A DNA stretch of 63,434 nucleotides, the filler included, from Chrysochromulina tobinii (Eukaryota): assembly GCA_001275005.1 (NCBI GenBank). It is 6 parts of 6 records of this genome, joined end to end, with 100 filler letters (N's around TTAATTAATTAA, not from the genome) between each part and the next. Parts side by side here need not be neighbours in the genome. Positions count along the whole stretch, not along the records: positions 1 to 17,733 come from JWZX01000745.1; 5 more parts are not named here. The stretch is one strand, 5' to 3'. The notes below the pieces were generated by a model that saw only the letters and a list, made by a program, of their open reading frames with translations, was not told the DNA's origin and ran no database searches. A program made the position numbers and the translations under genes. Every line of letters begins with the position of its first letter. Within the stretch, counting starts at the first letter, position 1. Of this stretch, positions 1-10,309 are shown piece after piece.

Positions 1-253
1 TTGCGTCGGGTTTTGGGCGCAATTGCGGCACGATTTGCGTGTGAGTCTTCTCTGACCCCAAAGTCTTCTCTGACCGACCCTTCCTAGAAGAACTGCAGAC
101 TAAGCGGCGCATGCATCTTGCCCTCGCAAATCTGAAGACACTGGTGTCGTGCATACTTCTCAAGTGTGAACCGAGATGGTTTAGAACTTCTACTTGGTAA
201 AGTAATCTGTGTCCACGTCGCCGCGTGCAGGTGCAGAGCGTACAGTCTCGCCT

Positions 254-907
254 TCAACAGCGAATGTCCCGCCCACACAATTTGTCTCCGTTCGATGGTG
301 TCATCAGCAGGCCGCCGATACCAGTCGTGGGCGCCTCGGCAGGAGCCGGCGGCGCTGTCGGCACTGCTGCGCCAGCTTTCTGCACGGGCTCGCCCTCCCG
401 TTCACGCACCAGCTCGACCACCTTGGCGGGCACAAGGGCAATGTAATCCGAGATCGTGGCCTCGAGAGCGTCAACTTCGCGCAGCGCATCGTCCTGCTTC
501 GCCGAAACTAGCGCCGCTTGTAGCTTCCTCACGGATGCCGCGTATTTGGCCTTCAGGCTGAGCGCAGTGTACGCCTCATCACCGAGGATTGAAGCTGTGT
601 CGCCAAGCACGCGGAGCTGAGAGGTGACCGCATCCGGCCCGACTTGCGTCGCGGCGGCCTCCCAATCGGATTTCTCGAGCGCGGCGCGCAGCAATGGGAT
701 AGTGCGGTCTCGTAGCGCCTCCAGCCGAGGCAGCTGCACTTCAAAACCCTCCTCTGGCAACTTGATCTTGTCGCCCGGCGCATACAGCGGGATACCCTCG
801 ACGCGCGCGCTAGCACGGTGCGCTGGCCCGAGACTGATCGATGCAGACAGCGCCCATGCGACCAGTAGGTGTGCGCTGCGGCGCGGAATCGCGTGCGGTA
901 ATCGCAT
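254..907 (-). CDS. Plastid/thylakoid lumenal helical-bundle protein (PsbQ-like / TL16.5-MPH2-like)
   Basis: 217-aa ORF with RR plus a hydrophobic stretch ending A-S-A (lumen-targeting-like), followed by amphipathic helices ('LRAALEKSDWEAA...ISDYIALVPAKVVELVR'). Family is by resemblance only. Confidence 0.45.
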   Translation of the reverse strand: MRLPHAIPRRSAHLLVAWALSASISLGPAHRASARVEGIPLYAPGDKIKLPEEGFEVQLPRLEALRDRTIPLLRAALEKSDWEAAATQVGPDAVTSQLRVLGDTASILGDEAYTALSLKAKYAASVRKLQAALVSAKQDDALREVDALEATISDYIALVPAKVVELVREREGEPVQKAGAAVPTAPPAPAEAPTTGIGGLLMTPSNGDKLCGRDIRC

Positions 908-1201
908 TGTCTAATTGTGCACCGCCGACACGCGCCATTTCGTGTGGACAATCCCCCAAAATCTCGCCGCAAAGATGAGTTTTTCTTTCTGTAACACGCA
1001 CCCCGTTTCTCGTTTCGTTTCTTCGCGAACAACCCACGATCACTCCACCGTCCATTTTGACTTCGCGTCAAGACGCAGTGAGGTCGTGAAGATAAGTGCT
1101 AGTGTTTGACAGAGTCGGCAACCAGCCTGAGTCATCGCGCCAGCTTTGTGTGGCCGTTACGCGCCGCTGGCCCGCTGCCACATTCAGACAGCCGGAAGGG
1201 G

Positions 1202-2521
1202 CTACTTAACAGTCGAGCTAACTGAGTCAGGCACCACCCCGGGGAGCTCCCATCGTATCGGTACCGTCTGCACGCCATCCTCCTCCGCGGCTGATGGTCG
1301 GCGCATGTAGTACGACGGCGGCGGCACTTTGGTGAAGCGCCTCTGCTCGGCCTCCGTGAGCTTGACGAACTCGGCCTCGCACAGGTCATACGTGTCATCG
1401 CCACACAACAAGCTGTAGCGGTTGCCTACTATGGGCACGCGCCCGGTGCGGTCGCACCCAATGCCTTCGTGCACACCCTCGGGCACGCGCACGTACTTGG
1501 GCACGGCCGCGCGCGTCACGCGGAGCACCGCCATGCCGTCATAGTGGCCGGCGAGCCACCAGAGCGCGCGCGAGAGGATCGACTGCGAGGCCTGCACAGT
1601 GGCGAGGACGGCCGGCGGCAGTGGCGTACGCTCTACTACGAGGCCCTGCTCCTCACAGCCGCGTACGAAACGGGTGATCGCCGGGTCGATGGTGGTCGAC
1701 GGCTGATGCTCGCCCGCCATGGCCGCCACAGCTGCCACCGCGCCGCCGCTGAAGCGATCGACCACGAGCAGCGACACCTGCAACGAAGGCCGCTCACGAA
1801 GCAGGCAGGCGAGCGTGTGTGGGAATCCGATCGGCTCTCCTACCGGTTGCCTACTACTATGGTCGTTCCCGCTGCTCGGCGCCCCAGCGTCGGGGGGAGC
1901 GTCCACCGTCGAGTTATCGCTCGGGTTGTTCACGCCAAAGCCGTAGTAGATGACGTCCGCGCCGAGGACATGGCGCACATCCTCCAGCCGGCACGGCAGC
2001 GTTCGCAACGACTCCTCACCTCGCGCCGCATCCCATGGTGCCACGCGCAGAGCGCTCTCGCTCAGACCATGCGCGTCCGCATTCGAGCGCAGGAGCTTGA
2101 GTGTTTCGGTGCAGATATCGGTCGCCACAACCTGGTGCGCCGCGCCGCATGACGCTTGCTGCCGGGCCATCGCGAGACCGATGGCCGTGATGCCGATTCC
2201 CGCACCGAGCTCCAGCACCACGCCTCCGTCGCCTTCGTGGTGTTCGCCGAGACCCGCCTCGTCCAATGCCCACTGCAGCAGCACGCGTCCCGCGGGCCAC
2301 TCCATGCAGCCAATGGGTGGCGGTCGTGTTCGGCAATTCACAGAAAGAGTCAACGGAGGCAGTGCTGTAGCCGCACCCGCAGGGCGGCGCTGCACCTCAT
2401 AGGTGACCTGCTTCCACTTCCTAAGGTCGAGCGTCTCGTCGGCCATCACGGCGAGCAGCCCACCCACTCCAGCAGCGTAGGCCGCGAACGCAGCGTTGCC
2501 GACGAGCCGCCGCGCATGCAT
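1202..2521 (-). CDS. METTL21/family-16 protein-lysine methyltransferase with C-terminal ZZ-like domain
   Basis: 'GCMEWPAG', SAM motif I 'VLELGAGIG', 'VVATD' and 'LGADVIY' (DxxY). C-terminal 'HEGIGCDRTGRVPIVGNRY...YDLCEAEF'. Likely ATG at 2521. Confidence 0.8.
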   Translation of the reverse strand: MHARRLVGNAAFAAYAAGVGGLLAVMADETLDLRKWKQVTYEVQRRPAGAATALPPLTLSVNCRTRPPPIGCMEWPAGRVLLQWALDEAGLGEHHEGDGGVVLELGAGIGITAIGLAMARQQASCGAAHQVVATDICTETLKLLRSNADAHGLSESALRVAPWDAARGEESLRTLPCRLEDVRHVLGADVIYYGFGVNNPSDNSTVDAPPDAGAPSSGNDHSSRQPVGEPIGFPHTLACLLRERPSLQVSLLVVDRFSGGAVAAVAAMAGEHQPSTTIDPAITRFVRGCEEQGLVVERTPLPPAVLATVQASQSILSRALWWLAGHYDGMAVLRVTRAAVPKYVRVPEGVHEGIGCDRTGRVPIVGNRYSLLCGDDTYDLCEAEFVKLTEAEQRRFTKVPPPSYYMRRPSAAEEDGVQTVPIRWELPGVVPDSVSSTVK

Positions 2522-3062
2522 AGCGTTGTACAGACTGTGCGACCAAGGACGTGAAAATTTGCGTGAAACAACTTGTGAAGCTGTGGATGCGCTTCGCCTT
2601 GCATGACGCGTTTCGAAGGAAACCCGGGGTGATCGCCCTCGTTGGGACAAAAGCCCCTCTGAGCCTCGCATTGGCACCCCGCAATGACCCCCTGCCGCCT
2701 GCCCGAGGTCCTGTACTTGTAGAGCCTCATTTTGAGGCTCCCTTCTAGCGTTGAGCGTCACTTTGCCTTCGCCCCTCCAGGCCACACGGGCCTTCGCCCG
2801 ACAGGAAAAAGAACGAAAAGTGTTCCAGGGAAACCAGATACAGGCCAGATTACAAAAATAGTTTCGCAGTTCGTGTCTCGTCAACAAAAGGCTGCACCTA
2901 CACAGGAATCCTGTTGCAGGAGAAATGTGTGTCACGTTGAATCCCCGTTGGCCCGCATCCTCCCCGCGGTTGCGTTGGACCTCACGTGAGCCCACGGCTG
3001 CTATGCACCATGGCAGGTTCGGTTCATGTTTAGGTCACAGCAAGGTGCTCCCCTCTGGAGAG

Positions 3063-4148
3063 ATGGCCACAACTTACTACAAATATGACAAAAACAAGGT
3101 GCTCGGCGCGGGCGCCTTCGCCAAGGTCTTCAAGGCTAACCTGAAGGCGCCTCGCAAGCACGGAACCGCTGAAGATTACGCCAATGTTGCAAATGAGGAT
3201 GGCACCTTCAGGTACGAGCATCTGTACAAGAGCGCAGACATGAGGCTGGATGTACAGTATGCGCTCAAAGTTATCGATATGAGCAAGTGTGACAACAAGG
3301 ATGACATCACGCGTGAGGTTGCGATCTTGCACATGTTGACCCATCCCAACATCATGAGGCTCTACGAAGTCTTCTACGAGGTCAAGACGGTGACCCTCGT
3401 GACAGAGCTCGTGGCGGGCGGCGAGCTCTTCGACCGCATCATCGAGAAGGGGAGCTATTCGGAGAAGGATGCCGCCAACGTCATGTCCCAGCTCTGCAAC
3501 GCGCTCAGCTACATGCACGATAAGAATATCGTGCATCTGGACTTGAAGCCCGAGAACCTGCTGTACGCGGCGCCCGTGCCTGACGAGACGCTCAAGGTGG
3601 CCGACTTTGGGCTGGCGCGCACCATTGGCAAGGTACAGGAGATGAAGAATATGTGTGGCACGCCCGGCTACGTCGCACCCGAGATCATTTTGTACAAAGA
3701 GTGCAAGTCCACAGCGGTCGACATGTGGTCTGTCGGCGTGATCTTGTACATCTTGCTGTGCGGCTTCCCGCCGTTCGCTGAGTCGGAGCTGACTGCGCTC
3801 TTCGATTCGATCCGCAAGGCGCGCTACGACTTCCCCTCGCCTTGGTGGGACTCAATTTCCCCACAGGCCAAGAGCCTCGTCAAGAAGCTCATGGTCCTCG
3901 ATGTGACGAAGCGGCTGTCGGCGAAGCAGGTGCTCGAGAACGCGTGGGTCCAATCCGAAGCGCCCACGACGGCCATACCCGGCGCGCAGGCAGCGCTCAA
4001 AAAGTACCGGCTCAACCAGCGTCTGCGCAAGGCTGCGAACGCCGTCATCGCGACCAAGCGCATCGAGTGCGTCCTCGCACAGTTCCACTCCATGCCGCTG
4101 CCGCTCGACGGAGGGCTTTTGAGCGGGGAGGCCGGCGCGGCCGCGTGA
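3063..4148 (+). CDS. Ca2+/calmodulin-dependent protein kinase (CaMKI-like)
   Basis: GAGAFA, ALK, HLDLKPEN, DFG, CGTPGYVAPE, DMWSVGVI, and a basic amphipathic CaM-binding tail 'LKKYRLNQRLRKAANAV'. Confidence 0.93.
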   Translation: MATTYYKYDKNKVLGAGAFAKVFKANLKAPRKHGTAEDYANVANEDGTFRYEHLYKSADMRLDVQYALKVIDMSKCDNKDDITREVAILHMLTHPNIMRLYEVFYEVKTVTLVTELVAGGELFDRIIEKGSYSEKDAANVMSQLCNALSYMHDKNIVHLDLKPENLLYAAPVPDETLKVADFGLARTIGKVQEMKNMCGTPGYVAPEIILYKECKSTAVDMWSVGVILYILLCGFPPFAESELTALFDSIRKARYDFPSPWWDSISPQAKSLVKKLMVLDVTKRLSAKQVLENAWVQSEAPTTAIPGAQAALKKYRLNQRLRKAANAVIATKRIECVLAQFHSMPLPLDGGLLSGEAGAAA

Positions 4149-4319
4149 AGGTGTGCCGGGCGTGAAGGTGTGAACGTGACTTAAACGTGAAGGCGTGCCC
4201 GCGTGGCCGTGAAGGAGCGTGAAGGCGCGGCGTGTGAAGGTATGCCGCTTCCGGTGTGCATGAGTCGAGTGATCTGATCGAGCGTGTGTGTATGACATGG
4301 TGTATGAGTGGAAGTGACG

Positions 4320-4935
4320 TGTTATGGTGTGGAGGTATAGATCAGAATTGATGAGCTTGAGTGTGGAGGGCTTATAGTATATAGAGCATGATTATAACTG
4401 AGTATGAGCACTGGTTGGTTGTCAGGCAGAGCCGACGGCGACGGATCTATCGGGTCACTCTCGTGGCCACTGTATCTCGAACGCTACGTACCCCTCTCGG
4501 TGCCCGCCGATCAAGGCGGGTGGTTTCATGCAACTACGGTGGTTTCATATCCGGAGCGTGTGTATCGCCCCGGGGTGTGTATGCCGCTCGAGTAGCGCGT
4601 CAGCGGGGCATGGGGATCCCCGGTGATCGTGTAAATAGGGTGGAGACGTATCAAGAATCGTGTGTGGCATACTAACCGCATGGGAGTGTGCGGTACACCG
4701 CGGGGAGCTCCCGGTGTTCAAGTACAGACAAGCATACAACAAGACTCTACACCGAAGCAACCGCGGGGATATCCGATGGGATCGACCCGCGTGCCGCCTG
4801 CCGCGAGGATGCGAGATGTACAAGATAGCGGAGGAGAGTTCGCTTTTAGCTCTGCAACACTGCAAGCTGATCGGGGCGTGGGGTCTCTCTCACATTCAAG
4901 TCCCAAGCACGTGTAGGGTTGGGCCCTCATTAACA
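4320..4935. mobile_element. Candidate solo LTR
   Basis: 616-bp non-coding block bounded by TGTTA...TAACA. Flanks tgacg / tgaacg are only an imperfect target-site duplication. Confidence 0.35.
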
Positions 4936-5379
4936 TGAACGAAAAAAGTCAGCGCGTACCAACGTCCACCTGTGGCTGTGCGTTAAAGTCGTGCGCGTGT
5001 GCGGATCGGCACGCCACCAGCACGCGCCTGAGTTGGTAGTTGGTTCGTTATCTGAGTTGGTTGTTGGTTCGTTATCTCGTCCGTGGTCGCGTCAATCGCC
5101 GCCGCCCCGGGCGTCCCGCCGCGCGCGTTACCGGTACCTTGTGGTCCTTGCTGTACCGTACTTGCTTCTCAATCGTCAATCTCATGACTTGACACTTGTT
5201 CTACTTGCTCGCGCGCTCCAGCAAATTTTCGAACCATGAATCAAGACGCTGTCGTACGTGAGAGTAAAAAACCGGGACGCCACACGCCTCCACACCGCCA
5301 CCACGTGACGCGCGAATTTGGCGTTGCCGGTTGCCTACGCACTACGCAGGCCCCGATATTGGCCCATAAGCGATGATGT

Positions 5380-6255
5380 TCAACGCGCAAGCAACCTCGC
5401 ACAATCCTGGAGCCACTGGCTATGCCGCTCGCTAAATGCTGCGGGCTGCTCAGAGGCGATCGCGAGGATGCCGGCGTCCCTGGCCTCCCCGCCGCAGCGG
5501 CAAAGCAGGGCGCTCACGGCGTTCCGTGGTAAGGGCGCAGGCGGCACGCTGCCGCTACCGCTCAGCACGTCAAAGTCTACCATCGCAACGGGCATGTCAG
5601 CGAACAGGGCGCGCAGCGCCTGGGCATCAACGGGTGCCATCGGTGGCGGGTCGATGCCGGTGGGCTCGGGAAAGCGTCCGCAGCGAGCGAGCACCGTGCC
5701 GTCCGCACCCACCCACACGGCGGCACGGGCTGGAGTCGTCTTGAGCAGCGTGGTGGCCACCCAGCGGGTCCGCTCGGCGGCAAGTGGCGTCAGACTCTCG
5801 GCGTACTCTTGGCGCTCCTTCAAGCGCGCCGCGAACGCGGCGCGCAGTGCGTCCTCCGCCGCCTCGGCGTCGACGCGGTTCTGCGCTGCCGACTGTGCGA
5901 AGACGATCAGGCAGCTGAAGACCCCAAGCGCCTCGCTCACGTATTGCGAGGACACCGGCTCGCCAGGGCTGAGGATGCGATTGAGCAGTAATCCCACGCT
6001 CAGCACCGCCGCGGCACCGGTGCGCAGCTTCGTGCCCTCCAACCCAGGCACGAAGAAGGAGCCACCTTGCTCGAGTGCTGCGGAAGGGCGTCGGTAGAGC
6101 AAATCTTCCTTCTTACGCTTGGCGAGCATGATTGGGAATGCATCAAAGCGGGCTGACGTACGCACGGGGGGGCGCCGTGTGCTAGTTACCGACGTGCTCA
6201 AGCCCGCGACCGAGGCCGCGAGCACGAGCGCTGAAAAGACGAGTTTGCCTCGCAT
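5380..6255 (-). CDS. CCB2: Cytochrome b6 heme ci maturation factor, CCB2/CCB4 family (CCB2-like), plastid-targeted
   Basis: Signal peptide plus Ser/Thr/Arg transit peptide; 'FFVPGLEG..LR...LLLNR...SQYVSEALG' with two TM helices, followed by a soluble domain. Confidence 0.65.
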   Translation of the reverse strand: MRGKLVFSALVLAASVAGLSTSVTSTRRPPVRTSARFDAFPIMLAKRKKEDLLYRRPSAALEQGGSFFVPGLEGTKLRTGAAAVLSVGLLLNRILSPGEPVSSQYVSEALGVFSCLIVFAQSAAQNRVDAEAAEDALRAAFAARLKERQEYAESLTPLAAERTRWVATTLLKTTPARAAVWVGADGTVLARCGRFPEPTGIDPPPMAPVDAQALRALFADMPVAMVDFDVLSGSGSVPPAPLPRNAVSALLCRCGGEARDAGILAIASEQPAAFSERHSQWLQDCARLLAR

Positions 6256-6572
6256 TGTGCCTCTGCCTGTGCACTTCACGAGGGAGTGTGGCGCGGAAGT
6301 GTGAAAAGTAGTAAAAATCTTAAAGGGCACTTTGACTGTCCATTAGGGGGACCTTGGACTCTTGCGCCACACGCTGAACAAGTCAAGTCAAGTCAGTTTA
6401 TGAAGTGGCTTGACGCGCTGAACACGCCCCTTGGCTCCCCAGCGGCGGCAACGCCTAGATGAGGGCAGCTGCACCAGAACATGGGCCGTTTGTGGTGACA
6501 GCCCTCGCCTCCTGGGTCCTGGCTGATGCGGCATCGCCATGCCGCCCTCTCACGGGAGACCCTGCCGCCCTC

Positions 6573-8354
6573 TCACGGGAGACCCTCGATGAACACGCCA
6601 AGCGATATCGTTCCGTCGTTGAGGAAGCCGCCTAGCGGGTTGAGCAGGTAGGGCGCCTTCGGGTCCTCCTGCTCGAAGAGGGGCAGGAATTCTCGGAAGC
6701 CCCAATCTTTCGCGCGCTTGCAGAAGTCGTGCGTCGCCTCCTTGATGGCGCATCCAGCCACGTGCATCGGCATGCGCTCTCGCTCGCCACCGCCACCGCC
6801 GCCGCCGCCGCCGCCGTCGCCGCCGACGCCGCCGACGCCGCCGCCGCCATCGCCGCCGCCGCCGTCGTCGCCGTCGTCGCCGCCTCCTCTGCTTCTGCCG
6901 CCGCCGTTGGCCGCTGAGTCGGCCGCCTGTCCGCTGCCACCGCTGCCGCCGCTGCCGCCGCTGCCGCCGCTGCCGCCGCCGACATCCTTGTAGTTGATGC
7001 ACACGAGCCGAAACCGCACCGGTAGCATCTCGTGAGCGTCGCTGATCCCTGAGTCCAGGTAGACGGAGAGGTGTTGCCCACTCGCGTTGTTGCCCTTGGG
7101 GTACAGGTAGAGCTTCCAGCTGTGACCGTTGACGCGGAACGCGGGCGAGTACATCGAGAGGCACGAGAGCGTGCGGAAGTGCGGCACGTTCCACACGAAG
7201 GAGAACTGGGACGGCACCCTCGGCTCGTCGGCGGTGTTCGAGTCAGTGGACTCGAGGAGCTTCCAGATGGCCGGTGCTCTCCAAGGTCCGCCCTGCGGGA
7301 GGAGCGGGAACAGCGCGAGCATGCCCACACGCGGCCGGCAGCGCGCGTGGCTCTGGCGCATCGCGCGCTTGGCCGACGGCTCGGCCGCATGGTAGCGAAA
7401 GCCCTCGAGGAGCAGCAGCGGCAGCGCGCTGCTCGTGGCGAGCAAGGGATGATCGTCCTCAACGGCCGCGAGGCGCGCCATCGGCAGCAGCGGCCAGCGC
7501 ACGAGCGCGAGGAGCTGCGCGAGCTGCGCGTCCGGCGGCAGCGGCTCCTGCGCCGTGCACCACGCGCTCAAGCCCTGCAGCACGACCACCTCCTCCTCGC
7601 ACGCGAGTGAGTCGTCCTCGAGCAGCTCGGCGATCGTCGCGAGCTCGAGTTTGCGAAAGGCGGGCTGGCGCACGGCAGCGGCAAAGTCGCGCAGCAGCAC
7701 GGCGCGGCAGTGCTGCTGCGCCTGCGCACAGCGCAGTGCAGAGGCCTCGACGAGCTGCGCACAGCAGTTGTTGGCGCCGATGGTGACGAAGCTGTTCAAC
7801 AGCGCGCTCGTCCGAGCGAGAAGCGGAGCGATGCCGTAGAACTCGGCGAGATGCACGACGGTCATCAGAGACTCCTGCGTCACCCCAACGGGCTGCCCGT
7901 AGAGCAGGCGCAGCACGCGCTCGCACAGATCGGGGTCGACCCCGTGCAGAACGACCGCGGGCTGCGACACCTCTGCCATGCCCGAGGTGAAGAGCGACCG
8001 GAAGTAGCTGCTCATGCTGGCGAGCACGACTCGGTGGCAGCGGAAGCGGCGCTCGACGAGGCCGTCGTCGCGCTTCGCGACGAGCTCCACGTCCGAGAGC
8101 GATGCCGAGTCGAAGAGTGCAGAGATGTGTGAGGTCACGTCGAGCCGGAGCGTCTCGCCACCGCGCAGGTCGGCCTGGAGGCTGGCGACGCGCACGTCCT
8201 CGACGTCGGATGCAGTGAGCGCGTGCTGCGACGAGCTCTCCTCAGTGCGCTGGCGCACGCGACGGCCCTGGTCGTCGGCCATCATGCTCGACCCGGACGG
8301 CTCACCTCTCCGACCCAAAAAGAGAGATGCATGCAGGAGATTCGCCGAGGCCAT
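6573..8354 (-). CDS. BTB/POZ-BACK-MATH protein (putative Cullin3 substrate adaptor)
   Basis: BTB 'SDVELV...FRCHRVVLASMSSYFRSLFTSGMAE'; BACK 'EEEVVVLQGLSAW...VRWPLL'; MATH 'FSFVWNVPHF...YSPAFRVNGHSWKLYLYPKG...DWGFREF' with a Gly-rich insert. Confidence 0.88.
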   Translation of the reverse strand: MASANLLHASLFLGRRGEPSGSSMMADDQGRRVRQRTEESSSQHALTASDVEDVRVASLQADLRGGETLRLDVTSHISALFDSASLSDVELVAKRDDGLVERRFRCHRVVLASMSSYFRSLFTSGMAEVSQPAVVLHGVDPDLCERVLRLLYGQPVGVTQESLMTVVHLAEFYGIAPLLARTSALLNSFVTIGANNCCAQLVEASALRCAQAQQHCRAVLLRDFAAAVRQPAFRKLELATIAELLEDDSLACEEEVVVLQGLSAWCTAQEPLPPDAQLAQLLALVRWPLLPMARLAAVEDDHPLLATSSALPLLLLEGFRYHAAEPSAKRAMRQSHARCRPRVGMLALFPLLPQGGPWRAPAIWKLLESTDSNTADEPRVPSQFSFVWNVPHFRTLSCLSMYSPAFRVNGHSWKLYLYPKGNNASGQHLSVYLDSGISDAHEMLPVRFRLVCINYKDVGGGSGGSGGSGGSGGSGQAADSAANGGGRSRGGGDDGDDGGGGDGGGGVGGVGGDGGGGGGGGGGERERMPMHVAGCAIKEATHDFCKRAKDWGFREFLPLFEQEDPKAPYLLNPLGGFLNDGTISLGVFIEGLP

Positions 8355-8474
8355 GAGAAGGATCGACCCGCATCAAGCGGAGTTTCGTTCACGTCCGAAA
8401 CAAACTTGCGCCTACGTAAGGGGGTAGGTCAGACCTACCCCCTTAGCCTACGCGATTTCGGCGACGAAGTCATC

Positions 8475-9842
8475 ATGGAGAAGGTCGTACTGTACCCATC
8501 GCGGTGCGCGGCGTTCGGCAAGGCCCTCGCCGCCGCGCTCGGTGTGCCCGCATCGGCCTGCACAGACAATATCGTCGCGGAGCCCGCGGGCGCGGACACC
8601 GTCATTTGCTGGGACAGCTTCCCTAGCGCCTCTTCCGAAAAGGACCCAGACATCAAGGTGCGCGTCGACGCGCTCATCGGCAAGCACGTGATCCTCATCC
8701 TCAGTCAGGACGACACGTCCTCGGCCTTCGCGCAGCTCAGCCTGCTGCTCTGGCTGCAGCGCTTCTACGTTCCGACACCTGACGAGGCTGCCGCCAAGGG
8801 CAAGTGGAAGGGGACCATCGGTGCGGGCAGCTTCGAGGTCACGTCGGTCGGCGCGCTCACCGTGGTGATCCCGTGGTTCCGCTACTGCCAGATGGAGCGC
8901 TCGCAGCGATGGACGTACACTGCCGGCGCCGAGAAGCCGTGGAGCAACGCGGGGGCCAGCGGGCCGTTTGTGGACGTGGCGTCTGCACACACGTACGCAG
9001 CGCTGCTTTCAGCCGAGCCTCCGCCGCCGCCGGGCCCCGAGAGCTTGGAGGCGCCGCCGCCGCCGCCGCCCAAGGAGATTGTCTTCGTCGACATCCACGA
9101 CGACCTCGATGGCAAACCGATTGTCGAGCAGATGCTGTCCAAGTCGGGCAAGTGGGCCAACCCGATCGTCGACTACGACCTCGTGCATGGGCAGGGGACG
9201 TACTTCACGTCGGCGTTCGCCCACTTCCTCGCGCATACGTACAAGAGTGCCGACCTCGGCACCACCTTCGTCGTCTTCCCCGATGGCGGCGCCTACCAGC
9301 GCTTCCATACGATGGTCGAGGCACGACTGAAGGGTATCGCACCCGACCACGTGCTCTACATCGAGAAGAATCGAGTTGGAACGGTTGTGAAGCAGGGCGG
9401 CGCGCTGCTGTACCACACGCCCGATGGCGGCACGGCGACGCGCGAGAGCCTCCCGACCGGCAGCACCATCCTCATCCCTGATGACTTCACCAACTCGGGC
9501 TCCACGCTCTTTGGTGGCGCGAGCATCGTGCGCAAGCATGTACAGGGCACCTGTAAGGTGGGAGCGTTCGTCACGCACTTTGTGGCCAAGTACGAGCGTG
9601 CCGTGGTCGACAAGTTTGTGGCGACGCTCTACTCAGAGGGCGGCGTCGCGTCCGACCTGAACGAGTTCTTCACCACCGACTCGATCGTGATGACCACCAC
9701 GTGGCTCGCCGAAGAGGCCAAGAAGCGTGTGGCGGGCGGCCAACCGGAGCGCGTCATGATCGCGCCACTCGCGCCGGTGCTCGCCGAGTGGCTCCTGAGC
9801 CGGCCGACGCCCGCGCATGCCAAGGCGATGGACATCTCCTAG
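8475..9842 (+). CDS. Ribose-phosphate pyrophosphokinase, class II-like (divergent)
   Basis: 'ICWDSFP', 'VVIPWF...QMER', 'DIH', 'VVFPDGGAYQRF', 'EKNR', PRPP loop 'DDFTNSGSTL', 'VTH', 'TTDSI'. Confidence 0.8.
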   Translation: MEKVVLYPSRCAAFGKALAAALGVPASACTDNIVAEPAGADTVICWDSFPSASSEKDPDIKVRVDALIGKHVILILSQDDTSSAFAQLSLLLWLQRFYVPTPDEAAAKGKWKGTIGAGSFEVTSVGALTVVIPWFRYCQMERSQRWTYTAGAEKPWSNAGASGPFVDVASAHTYAALLSAEPPPPPGPESLEAPPPPPPKEIVFVDIHDDLDGKPIVEQMLSKSGKWANPIVDYDLVHGQGTYFTSAFAHFLAHTYKSADLGTTFVVFPDGGAYQRFHTMVEARLKGIAPDHVLYIEKNRVGTVVKQGGALLYHTPDGGTATRESLPTGSTILIPDDFTNSGSTLFGGASIVRKHVQGTCKVGAFVTHFVAKYERAVVDKFVATLYSEGGVASDLNEFFTTDSIVMTTTWLAEEAKKRVAGGQPERVMIAPLAPVLAEWLLSRPTPAHAKAMDIS

Positions 9843-10309
9843 GGATGCTGCCTCGTCCCGTAGGGGTCCTGCTTCGCCTTCTTCCGCCGCGCTCTCGCCT
9901 GCGCAGCCCATCTCTTGCGCCAAGTGAGCGCCACGGTCAGCGCCATGGTGAGCGCGTGTCGGACGGGGCGAGGCGAGGAACAACGACGGGGCGAGGCTCT
10001 GCGAGGCGCGATAGAGGGCAAGCCGCGCTCGCACCAGCTGTATCCACATTGCGTGTAGACGCGCGCCATTTTCGCGTCACGATTCGACCATTGTGACTTC
10101 GATAGAGTTCGTGTTCTCGATCGACTTCGCGAGGTCTTCGCAAAAGAGAAAACTGAAAAGTGTGTAAAGTGACGCTGACGGTCTGGGTGCACCCTGAGCT
10201 ACCTCGTACCTGTAGTTGTACCGCGTACGAGGACACCTTTCGAGCATATCCCATATCATAACAATAACGCATTAAAAGGCATATTATATATATGACATGC
10301 AATACTCGA

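Noticed and set aside
4140..4240. Repeated CGTGAAGG words after the kinase stop
   Set aside because: This is a short degenerate 3' UTR simple repeat without spacer structure.
9839..10192. Small minus-strand ORF(s) abutting the PRPP synthetase stop, with intron-like GT...CAG
   Set aside because: No splice combination gave a recognisable protein, so it cannot be supported.
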